Assembly: GCA_042408215.1 (NCBI GenBank)
Contig: JAYFMW010000008.1
Coordinates: 256,001-320,000, forward strand
Direction of reading: 5' to 3'
Length of the DNA: 64,000 nt
Source of the DNA: Microcoleus sp.
GTDB lineage: Bacteria; Cyanobacteriota; Cyanobacteriia; Cyanobacteriales; Microcoleaceae
The number at the start of each line of letters is the position of its first letter. Position 1 is the first letter of the stretch. The notes below the pieces were generated by a model. The model was given only the letters and a program-made list of their open reading frames with translations. It was not told the origin of the DNA and did not search any database. Of the stretch, positions 51,752-62,752 are shown piece by piece. The position numbers and the translations under genes are program-made.

Positions 51752-52402
51752 CTAGTTAGATTTAGTCATCTCTTTTACCCAGTTGCGGAAATTCACCTCC
51801 GCTTCTACTTCATCTATCTGCGCTGCGGCCAAAAATTCAGAGAGCTTGGACTTGGGGAGAATCGGAAAAGTGGGGCTGACAGATACTTCTAAATACTCAG
51901 AGTTTTCTAGCTGATAAATTCGCCATTCTCTACCATCGTACCGCCAAAACTCCGGTACTCCCATACTGGCATAGAGAGCAGGCTTATTAATATCAGTATG
52001 GGTGATGTCTATTTCTACGACTAAATCGGGTGGCGGATCTGTGGCTAGATCTACTGTACGACCGGCTACGAGGGGCTGATTTTGGATATAATAGGCATTA
52101 TCTGGTTCTGCACCGCGATTTAGGTCCGATCGATCTAGGGTTGTCGAACCCATTGTTTTAATCTTCAAACCTAGTTCTACAGCCAAAATAATAATCAGTC
52201 GTTCGATTAAGCGTGCCGAAAATTCGTGTTCTTCTAAAGGCATAGTAATTTCTAAAGTCCCTCGATCGAATATCAATGTGGCCGCTCGTTTATCGCCAAA
52301 AATCTTGAGCAGTTGTTGATAATCCTGCCAAGCAATATCTCTAAACACCACCCGCTGTTCGCCTATGAGTAACGGTGGTGCGATCGGCGCAACAGAAATC
52401 AT
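51752..52402 (-). CDS. Uma2 family endonuclease, copy 2
   Basis: LEITMP, GAEPDNAYY, PPDLVVEID, GVPEFWRYDG. Confidence 0.9.
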   Translation of the reverse strand: MISVAPIAPPLLIGEQRVVFRDIAWQDYQQLLKIFGDKRAATLIFDRGTLEITMPLEEHEFSARLIERLIIILAVELGLKIKTMGSTTLDRSDLNRGAEPDNAYYIQNQPLVAGRTVDLATDPPPDLVVEIDITHTDINKPALYASMGVPEFWRYDGREWRIYQLENSEYLEVSVSPTFPILPKSKLSEFLAAAQIDEVEAEVNFRNWVKEMTKSN

Positions 52403-52532
52403 ATGTTTTACTTCCAGCTATGATATTTATAGGATAACATAAGAAACAGGCTCTCCGGCCTGTTCCACAACTCACAAATTATTGATTGTGGAACGGGCCG
52501 GAGAGCCCGTTCCTAAAAATAATCAACAAATT

Positions 52533-53225
52533 CTATTTGCTCCGATCTGTTCTCTGCCGCAAAATAAATTCAGCTAGTGCTAAATCAACGGGCGTTGTCA
52601 CTTTCAAATTCGTCTCTTCTCCCTCCACAATTCGTACTGGTAAACCGCATTTTTCAAACAAAGCCGCATCGTCTGTAACTTCCCAACCTTTCTCTCGCCC
52701 TTCTTCGTGACACTGCTTTAACAATTTCACTTCAAATCCTTGGGGAGTCTGGGCCGCCCACAAATTGCTTCTTTCCGGTGTGTCTCGCACGATTCGACGC
52801 TCATCCACCACCTTAATCGTATCCTTGACCGGGATGGCGACAATTAAGCCTGGACAGCGCAAAAGTGCCTCTGCGGAGCGATCGAACAATTCAGGAGTTG
52901 CCAAACATCGGGCCCCGTCGTGTATCAAAACTCGATCGCTCTCTGGTGGTAAAGCCTGCAAACCGTTGTAAACTGACTCTTGTCTGGTTGCACCTCCTTG
53001 AATCAGTTCGATCGGCTTTTGCGGAGATAAATCCCTGATAATTGCTTGAAAATCAGGAAAATCCTCTGGCTGGCCCATGATACCAATCCAGCTAATCTGC
53101 TGGGAAGCCTCAGCAGCAGCCAAAGTCCAACTCAGCAAAGGTTTTCCCAGCAAAGTCAGCAGCAGTTTGTTACGCTGACTACCCATCCGTCGCCCCGAAC
53201 CCGCCGCAGGAATTAATAAGTGCAT
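52533..53225 (-). CDS. ispD: 2-C-methyl-D-erythritol 4-phosphate cytidylyltransferase
   Basis: PAAGSGRRMG, GGATRQESV, IHDGAR, AQTPQGF, TDDA, NLKVTT. Confidence 0.95.
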   Translation of the reverse strand: MHLLIPAAGSGRRMGSQRNKLLLTLLGKPLLSWTLAAAEASQQISWIGIMGQPEDFPDFQAIIRDLSPQKPIELIQGGATRQESVYNGLQALPPESDRVLIHDGARCLATPELFDRSAEALLRCPGLIVAIPVKDTIKVVDERRIVRDTPERSNLWAAQTPQGFEVKLLKQCHEEGREKGWEVTDDAALFEKCGLPVRIVEGEETNLKVTTPVDLALAEFILRQRTDRSK

Positions 53226-53394
53226 TTACTAACTGTTTTTAATCCAACTACCTATATATAATAAGAGCGTCCTGTACTCTTCAATCAGTTGTTTAGTTGT
53301 CAGCCAGTAGCTTTTAAAGTCTATAAATACTATAAGCTGATAGCTGAGAGCCGATCGCTGAGAGCTACTTTGTATAGATAATAGCCGATCGTTT

Positions 53395-54360
53395 ATGATG
53401 CGAATACTAGCACTTGTCCCTGGCGGGATTGGCGACCAAATTTTATTTTTCCCCACCCTCGATGACCTCAAGCAGTCTTATCCAGAGGCTCAGATTGATG
53501 TCATCGTGGAACCGAGGGCAAAAAGTGCTTACCGAGTCTGCAAGTCTGTCAAAGAAGTCTTGACCTACAATTTCAAAGACCGCAATTCTATGGCGGATTG
53601 GGGTAATTTACTGGGCATAATTCGCGATCGCGAATACGAAGCAGTAATTTCTCTCGGCCAGCGGTGGAGTGTCGGACTTTTGCTATGGCTGACAGGCATT
53701 CCCCAAAGAGTTGGCTATTCTGGAAACAACAATGGTCTATTTCTCACCAATCCCGTACCGCTGAAAACTGAACAGTACGCAGCTCCAATGTACCACGATT
53801 TGCTGCAAGGATTCAAGATTAAAAATCCTTGTCCGCCACTAGCAATTAATGTACCAAAAATGGACATTCAGTGGGCAGAAGCGGAACAGCAACGGTTGGG
53901 CATTAAAGAAAGCGGTTACATTCTAATTCACGGCGGATCTAGTCAGTTAGCTCTGTCTAAAGGTATTGACAAAATTTACCCGATCGACAGTTGGAAAGAA
54001 ATAATTGAAGATTGTCAGCAGCGGCAGCCAAATTTGCCCGTGGTTGTGGTTAAAGGGCCCGAAGATGCTGATTTTGTGACAGAACTAATTAAGTTGTGTC
54101 CGAAGGTGAAAGTTACATCGCCCGATGATGTTGGCAAGTTAGCTGCGACAATTGCTGCTGCTAATTTGATGATGTGTACTGACAGTGCACCGATGCACTT
54201 AGCTGTAGCAGTTCAAACTTATACAATAGCTTTGTTCGGCCCCACTGAACCGGCGAAATTACTGCCCAAGAGCGATCGCTTTTTGGGCATTAAATCTCCT
54301 ACGGGCAAAATGGCGGACATCTCTCCTCAAGATGTTTTAAAGAAAGTTTGGGGCGGCTAA
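53395..54360 (+). CDS. glycosyltransferase family 9
   Basis: GGIGDQIL, TDSAPMHLAVA, ALFGPT. Confidence 0.88.
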   Translation: MMRILALVPGGIGDQILFFPTLDDLKQSYPEAQIDVIVEPRAKSAYRVCKSVKEVLTYNFKDRNSMADWGNLLGIIRDREYEAVISLGQRWSVGLLLWLTGIPQRVGYSGNNNGLFLTNPVPLKTEQYAAPMYHDLLQGFKIKNPCPPLAINVPKMDIQWAEAEQQRLGIKESGYILIHGGSSQLALSKGIDKIYPIDSWKEIIEDCQQRQPNLPVVVVKGPEDADFVTELIKLCPKVKVTSPDDVGKLAATIAAANLMMCTDSAPMHLAVAVQTYTIALFGPTEPAKLLPKSDRFLGIKSPTGKMADISPQDVLKKVWGG

Positions 54361-54492
54361 AAACTAGCTAGTTCCCAGGCTCTACCTGGTTCGGCCTGGG
54401 AACGAGGACAATTTCTTCAGTCTCGCGTTGCGCGGACTTGGCTGGTGTAGACGCGATTTCAATCGCCGAGTTATATCAAATATAATACAACT

Positions 54493-55074
54493 ATGAAACG
54501 AGCAGTATTTCTTGACAGAGATGGCGTATTAAATATCGAAGCCGGCTACATTCACCAAGTAGAAGATTTGCATTTAATCCCCGGAGTAGCTGAAGCTGTA
54601 CGCAAATTAAATGACCAACAAATATTTTGCTGTCTGGTTTCCAATCAATCGGGGCCGGCGAGGGGTTATTATCCGCTTAGCCACGTAGAAGCTTTGCACA
54701 AACGTCTCTGTCAGTTATTAGAAAATGAAGCAGGAGCAAAATTAGATGCTCTTTATTATTGTCCTTATTTGAGCGAAGCAGAAGGCGGAACTAACCCAGA
54801 ATTTACGCGGTATACAACTTGGCGAAAACCGAATACAGGGATGTTGGTAGCCGCCGCTTGGGAACAGGATTTAGATTTGCGAAATAGTTTTATGGTGGGG
54901 GATAAAGCAACAGATATAGATCTGGCACACAATGCCGGCTGTATTGGTATTTTGGTGCAGACTGGTTACGGTGAAAGTGTGTTGAGTGGGGAATATCAGC
55001 ACCATACTAAACCGGATTTTATTGCAGCAAATTTAGCCGCAGCGGTTGAGTGGATTTTGCCCAATTTTGATTAG
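54493..55074 (+). CDS. gmhB: HAD phosphatase, GmhB/HisB-N-like
   Basis: FLDRDGVLN, SNQSG, RKPNTGM, MVGDKATD. Confidence 0.82.
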   Translation: MKRAVFLDRDGVLNIEAGYIHQVEDLHLIPGVAEAVRKLNDQQIFCCLVSNQSGPARGYYPLSHVEALHKRLCQLLENEAGAKLDALYYCPYLSEAEGGTNPEFTRYTTWRKPNTGMLVAAAWEQDLDLRNSFMVGDKATDIDLAHNAGCIGILVQTGYGESVLSGEYQHHTKPDFIAANLAAAVEWILPNFD

Positions 55075-55192
55075 TTAGGACTTACGCACATACTCTACTT
55101 GTTGATATCTAGTCCGGTTGAATAGTTATAATACTTTTGTCCGACCATGCCCTATGCCCTATGTCCTATGCCCGTACAGGATTTATCAGCAA

Positions 55193-56404
55193 TTAACCGA
55201 ACTTGATATGAGTCTTACAGGAAAGTGCAACGTAAGGAAGCGCGACTGTAAAGGTGGTGCCCATGCCGACTTTGCTTTCGCAGGCGATCGCACCTCCTTG
55301 CAATTCAACGGCTTTTTTGACAATAGTTAATCCTAAACCATTACCTTTAATCTTCCCAGTATTTTTGCACCGATAAAACATTTCAAATATTTTCCCTAAT
55401 TCTGCTTCTGAAATGCCCATACCTTCGTCTCTAACGCGAAAAATTACTGAAGGAGATTTAAGATTTGTCAAGTGAGAATTTGCAAATTGATAGTCAGGTT
55501 CTTTGTCTCCTGACTCTCCCTGACGATACTCCAATTCCAAGGTGATTTTGCCACCATTGGGAGAATATTTCATGGCGTTGACGATTAAGTTGGAGAGAAT
55601 GCTATGCAGTAATTGTTGATCTAAGATCGCACTGGTAACGTTTGATGGGATTAATGTCAGTTGGTGCTGGGCTTCATTTCCTAACTGCAATTGCTCCAGC
55701 AAGTCTTGACAAAATTCAACTAAATTTATTGGTAATGGATGATATTTTAGTTGACCTGCTTCGGCTTTACCCATGAACAGCATATCATCAATTAGCTGGT
55801 TCATTTTCTGGGTAGCTGAGTGGACGAGTCGCAGGGTTCTGGTTTTGGATGAGTCGTCGCTGTGAGTGCGATCGATCTCTAGGAGTTCAGCAGAGAGTAA
55901 AATTGCGTTGAGTGGGTTTCGCAATTCGTGGGCTACCATTGAGATATATTGGTTTTGGCGGCGCGCTTTTTCTTCAGCAGATTCTCTGGCTGCTTCTGAA
56001 ATTTGGAGAGCTTGCCGCATTTTTACTTCGATTTCGCGTCTGTGCAGGGCAATCTCGATCGTCACCCGCAAGTCTTGTTGTTGAAATGGTTTGACTAGGT
56101 AGCCGAACGGATCTGTAAGTTTGGCTCTTTGCAGTGTTTTTTCGTCAGCATAAGCTGTTAAAAATACTGTTGGTACATTTGTATTGATTCTGATTTTTTC
56201 GGCTGCTGTTATGCCGTCCATGTCTCCTTTAAGCACGATGTCCATCAGCACTAAATCTGGCTGGTTTTCGGCTACTTTTGCAATTGCTTCTTCCCCTGAA
56301 GGCACTGTAGCTGTTACTGCATAGCCCATTTTTTTTAATCTACCTGCTATGTCCTCGGCAACAATAATTTCGTCTTCTACAACTAAGATTTTGATCGGAC
56401 TCAT
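55193..56404 (-). CDS. hybrid receiver-histidine kinase
   Basis: ILVVEDE, LMDI receiver; HELRNPL, NAMKYS, DEGMGI, GNGLGL. Confidence 0.9.
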   Translation of the reverse strand: MSPIKILVVEDEIIVAEDIAGRLKKMGYAVTATVPSGEEAIAKVAENQPDLVLMDIVLKGDMDGITAAEKIRINTNVPTVFLTAYADEKTLQRAKLTDPFGYLVKPFQQQDLRVTIEIALHRREIEVKMRQALQISEAARESAEEKARRQNQYISMVAHELRNPLNAILLSAELLEIDRTHSDDSSKTRTLRLVHSATQKMNQLIDDMLFMGKAEAGQLKYHPLPINLVEFCQDLLEQLQLGNEAQHQLTLIPSNVTSAILDQQLLHSILSNLIVNAMKYSPNGGKITLELEYRQGESGDKEPDYQFANSHLTNLKSPSVIFRVRDEGMGISEAELGKIFEMFYRCKNTGKIKGNGLGLTIVKKAVELQGGAIACESKVGMGTTFTVALPYVALSCKTHIKFG

Positions 56405-56409
56405 TTTTT

Positions 56410-59334
56410 TTAAATACGACGGCGGTAATTTAATTCTTTGAGAACAAGATTGTAACAAGTTCCGTACTGACTGTCAATGGTCAGACTTCCATCTAATTGA
56501 CTGGTCAACATCCTGACTAATCGTATTCCTAATGTTTCAGTATTTTCTACATCAAAATCAGCCGGGAATCCCACACCATTATCTTGAATAATTAAGTGAA
56601 ATTGCTGAGAACTTATTTCACAAAACTTAATGTTTATTTCACCGGATATGCTGTATGGAAAGGCATATTTTAAGGAATTGGAAACTAGCTCATTAATAAT
56701 TAAACCGCAAGGAATGGCTGTTTCTATATTTAAAGAAATGGGGTCAATGTTGAGCTGAATTTGGATGGAACTGTTGCAGCAACCGAAAGATTGATACACA
56801 TTAGCAACCAGATTTTCGACGTAGAGCGGAAGGTCAATGCGATCGAGATTTTCGGATTGGTAAAGTTGCTCGTGAATCAGAGCCATTGAATGGATACGAT
56901 TCTGGCTTTCTTCAAATAAAGATAGCGTCGTTTCGTCTTCGATGTATTGGGCTTGGAGTTGCAGCAGGCTGGAAACTACCTGCATATTATTTTTAACTCG
57001 GTGGTGAATTTCTTTGAGCAATATTTCTTTTTCCCGGAGTGCAGCTTGGATGCGGGCTTCTGTAAGTTTGCGATCGCTGATATCTTCGCAAATACCGGCA
57101 ATGCGGTAAACTTTCCCCGACTCGTCATAAATGGGAAAAGCCCGATCGCACACCCAGCGAATTGTACCGTCTGGACGTACAATCCTATATTCAGTGCTAG
57201 TAGATTCACCAACCACGATGCGCTGAAAAGATTCCAGCAAAAGGTGTTTGTCTTCAGGATGTAGCCAATCTATCCAATTGCAGTTATTGGTGTACAATGC
57301 TTCGCGCGATCGCCCCCAGATTTGTTCGTAAGCTGGACTCACATACAAAATATCGGTCAATTCAACAGAAACTAGCCAGAAGGAATCTTGGATATTTTCT
57401 GCTAGCTGACGGAAGCGTTCTTCACTTTCGCGGAGAGCTTTTTCGGCTTGCTTGCGTTCGGTGGTGTCGCGGGAAACCCCGACAGTCATTACCACTTGAC
57501 CTTCGGTGTTAAAAATCGGCGATTTAATTGTGTCGAAATAGTGGACTTCTCCGTCACCACTTTTAATAGGTTCCTCTAATATTTGCCTCACTTGACCTGT
57601 GTTGAACACGCTGGTGTCGTCGAGGATATATTGCTGAGTATAATCGGGTTCTTGAAATTCAGTATCAACGATACCGATCAGTTCCGAATTTTCCATTTGG
57701 TAATAGTCGCGAAAGGCTTTGTTTGCCCAGATCATGCGGGACTGCGGCCCTTTTACCAGGATCATATCTGTAATCGCGTCGAGGATTTGCTGGTACATTT
57801 GCTTGGCATCTTGTAGTTCTTTTTCTACGAGTTTTCGCTCGCTGATGTCTTCTGCAATGCCAACTATACGGTAGACTTCACCAGTTGGATTGGTAATCGG
57901 AAAAGCCCGATCGCGAATCCAGCGATTTTCGCCGTCTGGTTTAACTAATCGATACTCTTCATCGTATTCGCCGCAGATTTGTTTTGGTAAAGCAGCAAGA
58001 ATCCGGTCTCTATCTTCTGAATGAATCGGGTCTAAAAAAGACTTGGGTGCAGCGTACAAGTCAGCGCGGCTTCTACCCCAAATTTTTTCGTAAGCGGGAC
58101 TGATGTAAATCGTTTGATTTTTAGGAGTATCAGTGATCCAAAACACGCTTTCGATATTTTCTGCTAGCTGTCGAAACCGTTCTTCGCTTTCTTTAAGTGC
58201 TGCTTCTGCTTTTTTGCGTCCGCTAATATCGCGCTGCACTCCAAAATGCCCCAGGATTCTGCCGTGAGTATCGTAAATGCAAATATAATCTCCTTCAACC
58301 CACATTTGAGTGCCGTCAAATTTGCGACTTTCACTTTCGATGTGAATTCTACCAGCCTCAAAAAAATTTTTAATTACCTCTCTGCTGTGAGTCATGTTGT
58401 CGCCAAAGAAATAGCTGAGCGAAGGGCAGATAAAATCTTCTCTGGTAGCCCCATATTGAGCTAGCAAAGCATCGTTTACCTTCGTTACCCGCCCGCTAGC
58501 AAATACATAATCTAAGACTTTTTCCTGGTCAACTGTATCGTCCCACTGCACAGGTTTGTCCAGCATCATAAAGAAAAAGCCATCTAAAGATTGTGAAAAA
58601 AACAATTCTAATTGTTGCTGACTCTCCCGCAGGGCTTCTTCGGCGCGCCAGTGTTCGATCATTTCTTCGCGCAATTGTTGGTTGGAGGCATTTAATACGG
58701 CGCTTTGCTTTTTGTATTTGATTTCTAGAGCTGTTTTCAGCCGTTCCATCCCTATTAGTGCCTGCTTTTGTTCTGTAATCTCTTGGGTAACAACCATCCC
58801 GGCCAAGATTTCTGACCGCTCGTTTTTGACGGGAACAACTGTTATTGAATAAATGCGATCGCCATATTTATATTCAAAAGTATGCTCTTTTCCTGCCAAA
58901 GCAGCGCGATATTTGGATTCAAAAAGTTGCAAATCTTCTGGTGGGACTACTTCCTGCAAAGTTTTGCCTTCCAAGTTTTCTGTGGACCAGCCAATTACTG
59001 CCAAACCTTGACCGTCAGCCAGAGTGTAGCGCAAATCTCGATCGAACAAACATACCCAGCCGTTCGGATAGTTTTCGATCACAATTCGGTAAATTTCCTG
59101 ACTTTTTTGGAGAGATGCGATTAACCCAATTCGCTCCTCGGTGAGTTCAAATTCAGTTGCGGAACCCGAAGCACACCCATAATCGACTGCTTTGAGTTGT
59201 GTCCGTAAATTTACGCACAATTCTTTCTGTTGCTGTAACTCCTCTTCGAGTTGCCGGATTTTGACTTTTTGCTCTGCTACTAATGCTTCGCAGGTGTCAA
59301 GAGGTCGATCGCCGCCTGTGGGATTAATACACAT
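56410..59334 (-). CDS. multi-PAS sensor histidine kinase (HisKA_2 type)
   Basis: Several PAS/PAC repeats; EIHHRVKNN, NELVSNSLKYAF, DNGVG. Confidence 0.9.
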   Translation of the reverse strand: MCINPTGGDRPLDTCEALVAEQKVKIRQLEEELQQQKELCVNLRTQLKAVDYGCASGSATEFELTEERIGLIASLQKSQEIYRIVIENYPNGWVCLFDRDLRYTLADGQGLAVIGWSTENLEGKTLQEVVPPEDLQLFESKYRAALAGKEHTFEYKYGDRIYSITVVPVKNERSEILAGMVVTQEITEQKQALIGMERLKTALEIKYKKQSAVLNASNQQLREEMIEHWRAEEALRESQQQLELFFSQSLDGFFFMMLDKPVQWDDTVDQEKVLDYVFASGRVTKVNDALLAQYGATREDFICPSLSYFFGDNMTHSREVIKNFFEAGRIHIESESRKFDGTQMWVEGDYICIYDTHGRILGHFGVQRDISGRKKAEAALKESEERFRQLAENIESVFWITDTPKNQTIYISPAYEKIWGRSRADLYAAPKSFLDPIHSEDRDRILAALPKQICGEYDEEYRLVKPDGENRWIRDRAFPITNPTGEVYRIVGIAEDISERKLVEKELQDAKQMYQQILDAITDMILVKGPQSRMIWANKAFRDYYQMENSELIGIVDTEFQEPDYTQQYILDDTSVFNTGQVRQILEEPIKSGDGEVHYFDTIKSPIFNTEGQVVMTVGVSRDTTERKQAEKALRESEERFRQLAENIQDSFWLVSVELTDILYVSPAYEQIWGRSREALYTNNCNWIDWLHPEDKHLLLESFQRIVVGESTSTEYRIVRPDGTIRWVCDRAFPIYDESGKVYRIAGICEDISDRKLTEARIQAALREKEILLKEIHHRVKNNMQVVSSLLQLQAQYIEDETTLSLFEESQNRIHSMALIHEQLYQSENLDRIDLPLYVENLVANVYQSFGCCNSSIQIQLNIDPISLNIETAIPCGLIINELVSNSLKYAFPYSISGEINIKFCEISSQQFHLIIQDNGVGFPADFDVENTETLGIRLVRMLTSQLDGSLTIDSQYGTCYNLVLKELNYRRRI

Positions 59335-59629
59335 ACTGGGTAATTAATTTGCAGTTCCAGACTTGAGTTTTTTTAAGCCTAACATTAACAGGACTAAAGC
59401 CAAGTGTCACACTTAAATCAACTTGTCGGGTGCGTCATATCAAATCCTCTCTTCATCGGAATAGTAAATTTGAGTTAACTGTTAACTGTCAACCGTCAAC
59501 CGTCAACCGTCAACAATCACCTGACGGTGCCACCGGAATTGATATCAGACTTTGGTTATAGAGCGATTATTGAGGATTTAGCCTAGTAGAGCTACTCTAT
59601 GTGCTGTTTTTAGAGCCTTCAGATCTCTT

Positions 59630-60053
59630 CTACTTAATAATTACCGCTGTCAAGACTTCATGACTGTCAACCGTTACCAAAACATCATCTTCAATTCTAA
59701 TGCCAATACCGCGCCAGTTTTCGGGAACCTCCGGCGGCCGTGGGGCGAGTTTAATCTGAGGAGAAATATAAATTCCCGGTTCCACCGTCAGCACTTGTCC
59801 AGGCTGCAAAACTTGCGGATTTTCACCGTACTGATAGCACAAATTTGTGTTCTTCGTGGTGCGGTGCGATCGCTGCTACTGCTGAAGCTTCGTTAAAACC
59901 TGTTAAGTAGAAAAAATCGCTATCTTGTCGGTATGTGTATGCTACATCGTTGTGCATAACGGCCATTGGCGCGCTGCGAAATATCGCCGTACCAGTGCCG
60001 ATTTTTGCCATTAATTGTTCGCGTCTTTGTCGGTATTCTGTGGGATTGGTCAT
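59630..60053 (-). pseudogene. pepP: Xaa-Pro aminopeptidase remnant with a large internal deletion
   Basis: N-terminal YRQDSDFFYLTGFNE joined out of frame to C-terminal LTVEPGIY...[11 protein letters not shown]. Confidence 0.85.
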
Positions 60054-60465
60054 CCGATTTGAGATTTGAGATTTGAGATTTGAGATCGATCAGTCCTGGA
60101 CGCGAACTGGCACATAAGGTAGGGTGCGTCAGTTGGGAAAAACCTAATTTTTCGTACTCAACTCAAGACGCTCCGCACCATACAGCGTGGTTAAAGTGTG
60201 AGATCAATTCCGGTTGCACCGTCAGGTGATTGTTGACGGTTGACGGTTGACAGTTAACTCGAATTTACTATGCCGATGAAGAGAGGATTTGATCTGACAA
60301 TTGCGTCCAGGAATGTTGATTTTAATATTAACATTCGGCGGTTGAAACCGCTTCTACACAGACAAAACCCGCTATGAGGCGGGTTGAATTTCTTTAGTCC
60401 GCTTGGAGTGGACTTCGTTTGTGTAGAAGCGAATTCTATTCGCCCTGAATATTCGCCCTAACTTT

Positions 60466-62352
60466 TTAAAGTTGAGGAACGTATTGTTCTTTTTCTGGCA
60501 CAAAAGTGTACTCAGCTACAATTTGCCGGAATTCTTCGCCGTCGATGGTTTCTTTTTCAATCAACAAATCCACTAGGCGATCGATCGCGGTGCGATTGTC
60601 GCGAATAATCCGGCGCGCATCTTCGTAGCAGTGATCGACAATTGCTCGAACTTGTCCGTCAATCCGAGAGGCTATTTCTTCGGAATATTCCGATCGCGCT
60701 GTGTAGTCGCGGCCGAGGAAAATTTCGCTTTGCTGAGCTTCCAAGGCGATGGGGCCCAAGGTAGACATCCCGTAGCGAGTCACCATTTGGCGCGCCATAC
60801 CGCTGACTTGCTGCAAGTCGTTGCCGGCACCGGTGGTAACTTCGGCATCGCCGAAAACTACTTCCTCCGCTGCGCGGCCGCCCAAAGCACCGCTAATCCG
60901 TGCCAAAATTTGCGATCGAGAAATCAAACCTTGGTCTTCGCTGGGCATAAACCAAGTTAAACCACGGGCTTGTCCGCGAGGGACTAAAGTTACTTTTTGT
61001 ACGGGATCGTGGGCTTGAATGACGGTACCAACGATCGCGTGACCGATTTCGTGGTAAGCAATTAAGCGCTTGCTCTTGCTATCCACCAAAGGAGTGCCTT
61101 CCATACCTGCGACTACTCGATCGACTGCATCGTCAATTTCGAGCATCGTAATCGCTTCTTTCCGGCGACGGGCGGTTAAAATGGCAGCTTCGTTCAGCAA
61201 GTTGGCCAAATCAGCACCGGTAAAGCCAGGAGTCCGGCGGGCGATCGCGTCCAAAGAAATATCGGGGCCTAGTTTTTTGTTGCGCGCGTGAACATCCAAA
61301 ATCTCCAACCTGCCCTTGATATCCGGCGTATCTACGCTAACTTGGCGGTCAAAACGTCCCGGCCGCAGCAAAGCAGAGTCGAGCACGTCAGGGCGGTTTG
61401 TGGCAGCAATGATGATAATTCCAGTATTGCCCTCAAAACCGTCCATTTCCGTCAGCAACTGGTTGAGGGTTTGTTCGCGCTCGTCGTTGCCGCCACCGAT
61501 GCCACCGCCCCGCTGACGACCCACGGCGTCAATTTCATCAATAAATATGATGCAAGGAGCATTTTCCTTCGCTTTCTTAAACAAGTCGCGGACGCGGGAA
61601 GCGCCGACACCTACGAACATTTCGACAAATTCTGAACCGGAGATGCTGAAGAAAGGCACGCCTGCTTCGCCTGCGATCGCTTTGGCCAGCAGAGTTTTGC
61701 CGGTTCCCGGAGGGCCAACTAGGAGCACGCCTTTGGGAATTTTGGCTCCGATCGCGGTGAAGCGTTCTGGCTTTTTGAGGAATGTCACGACTTCTTGAAG
61801 TTCTTCTTTGGCTTCTTCAACGCCGGCTACATCGTCGAACAGTACGCCGGTCTTAGCTTCCATTTGAAAGCGAGCTTTGGACTTGCCAAAATTCATGGCT
61901 TGGCCTGGGCCGCCTGGTACGTTGCCGCCGCGGCGGAATAGGAAAAACAGCCCTCCCACCAACAGCAGGGGAAAAACGAGATTGCCTAAGAGTCCCCACA
62001 CAGCGCCGTCGTTACGCAGCGGGTGAGTGTCGAAGCTGATTTGGGAGGCTCTGAGTCGAGAAACCAGTTCCGGGGCATTGGAGGGTAAATCCACTCGCCA
62101 CCGCTGTTCGTGATTGTCCAGTTCGGGATCGACTGCTAGGATAATAGCCGTCCGACCTCCGTCGTAAAGGTCAACGCTGGTGACTCGACCGGCGTTTAAG
62201 TAATCTAAGAATCGACCGTAGCTCAGGCGGGTGCTGGCGGTGTTCTTGCTATTTTCGGTGGCGGATGTTGCAAAAGCCCCTTGCCACAGGAAAAAGCCGA
62301 TGACTAAGGCGGGTAAAGTCCAAAGTAGTATAGTTCGCCAAGAAATTTTCAT
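60466..62352 (-). CDS. ftsH: ATP-dependent zinc metalloprotease FtsH (FtsH2-like)
   Basis: [22 protein letters not shown]; two TM segments. Confidence 0.97.
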   Translation of the reverse strand: MKISWRTILLWTLPALVIGFFLWQGAFATSATENSKNTASTRLSYGRFLDYLNAGRVTSVDLYDGGRTAIILAVDPELDNHEQRWRVDLPSNAPELVSRLRASQISFDTHPLRNDGAVWGLLGNLVFPLLLVGGLFFLFRRGGNVPGGPGQAMNFGKSKARFQMEAKTGVLFDDVAGVEEAKEELQEVVTFLKKPERFTAIGAKIPKGVLLVGPPGTGKTLLAKAIAGEAGVPFFSISGSEFVEMFVGVGASRVRDLFKKAKENAPCIIFIDEIDAVGRQRGGGIGGGNDEREQTLNQLLTEMDGFEGNTGIIIIAATNRPDVLDSALLRPGRFDRQVSVDTPDIKGRLEILDVHARNKKLGPDISLDAIARRTPGFTGADLANLLNEAAILTARRRKEAITMLEIDDAVDRVVAGMEGTPLVDSKSKRLIAYHEIGHAIVGTVIQAHDPVQKVTLVPRGQARGLTWFMPSEDQGLISRSQILARISGALGGRAAEEVVFGDAEVTTGAGNDLQQVSGMARQMVTRYGMSTLGPIALEAQQSEIFLGRDYTARSEYSEEIASRIDGQVRAIVDHCYEDARRIIRDNRTAIDRLVDLLIEKETIDGEEFRQIVAEYTFVPEKEQYVPQL

Positions 62353-62660
62353 AAATACGGGGGCCTCAAGATGTGGACAAATCGGGTAAGATCGCGGTGT
62401 CGGGGATGTGAGATAAAAGTTAACACTCAGAATCTTAACTAAATGTAACTTAACAATGCACTCTCAGGCAACAGGGCATGGCTGTGGCGATCGAGCATAG
62501 GACTCACCGAAAGCATCCAGGGTACAAAGCCCTCGGTACAGGTCGCTCTTGTCGCCTCTCAAATCTCAAATCTCAAATCTCAAATCTAAAATCCATTAAG
62601 GGCGATCGTCCCGAATATAATATTTGGTGCTGATTCCAATACCGATCTAGGTAAAGTTAG

Positions 62661-62705
62661 AAAAATCGCGGCAAAACCCACTGTATTTAAGCGTGGCAGT
62701 GTCAA
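62661..62705 (+). mobile_element. minimal IS200/IS605 end remnant
   Basis: AAAACCCACTGTATTTAAGCGTGGCAGTGTCAA hairpin plus GTGTCAA terminus. Confidence 0.45.
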
Positions 62706-62752
62706 GGGATAAGGCATGATAATGGTGAGGCTCAGTGAGGTAACACATTTCA

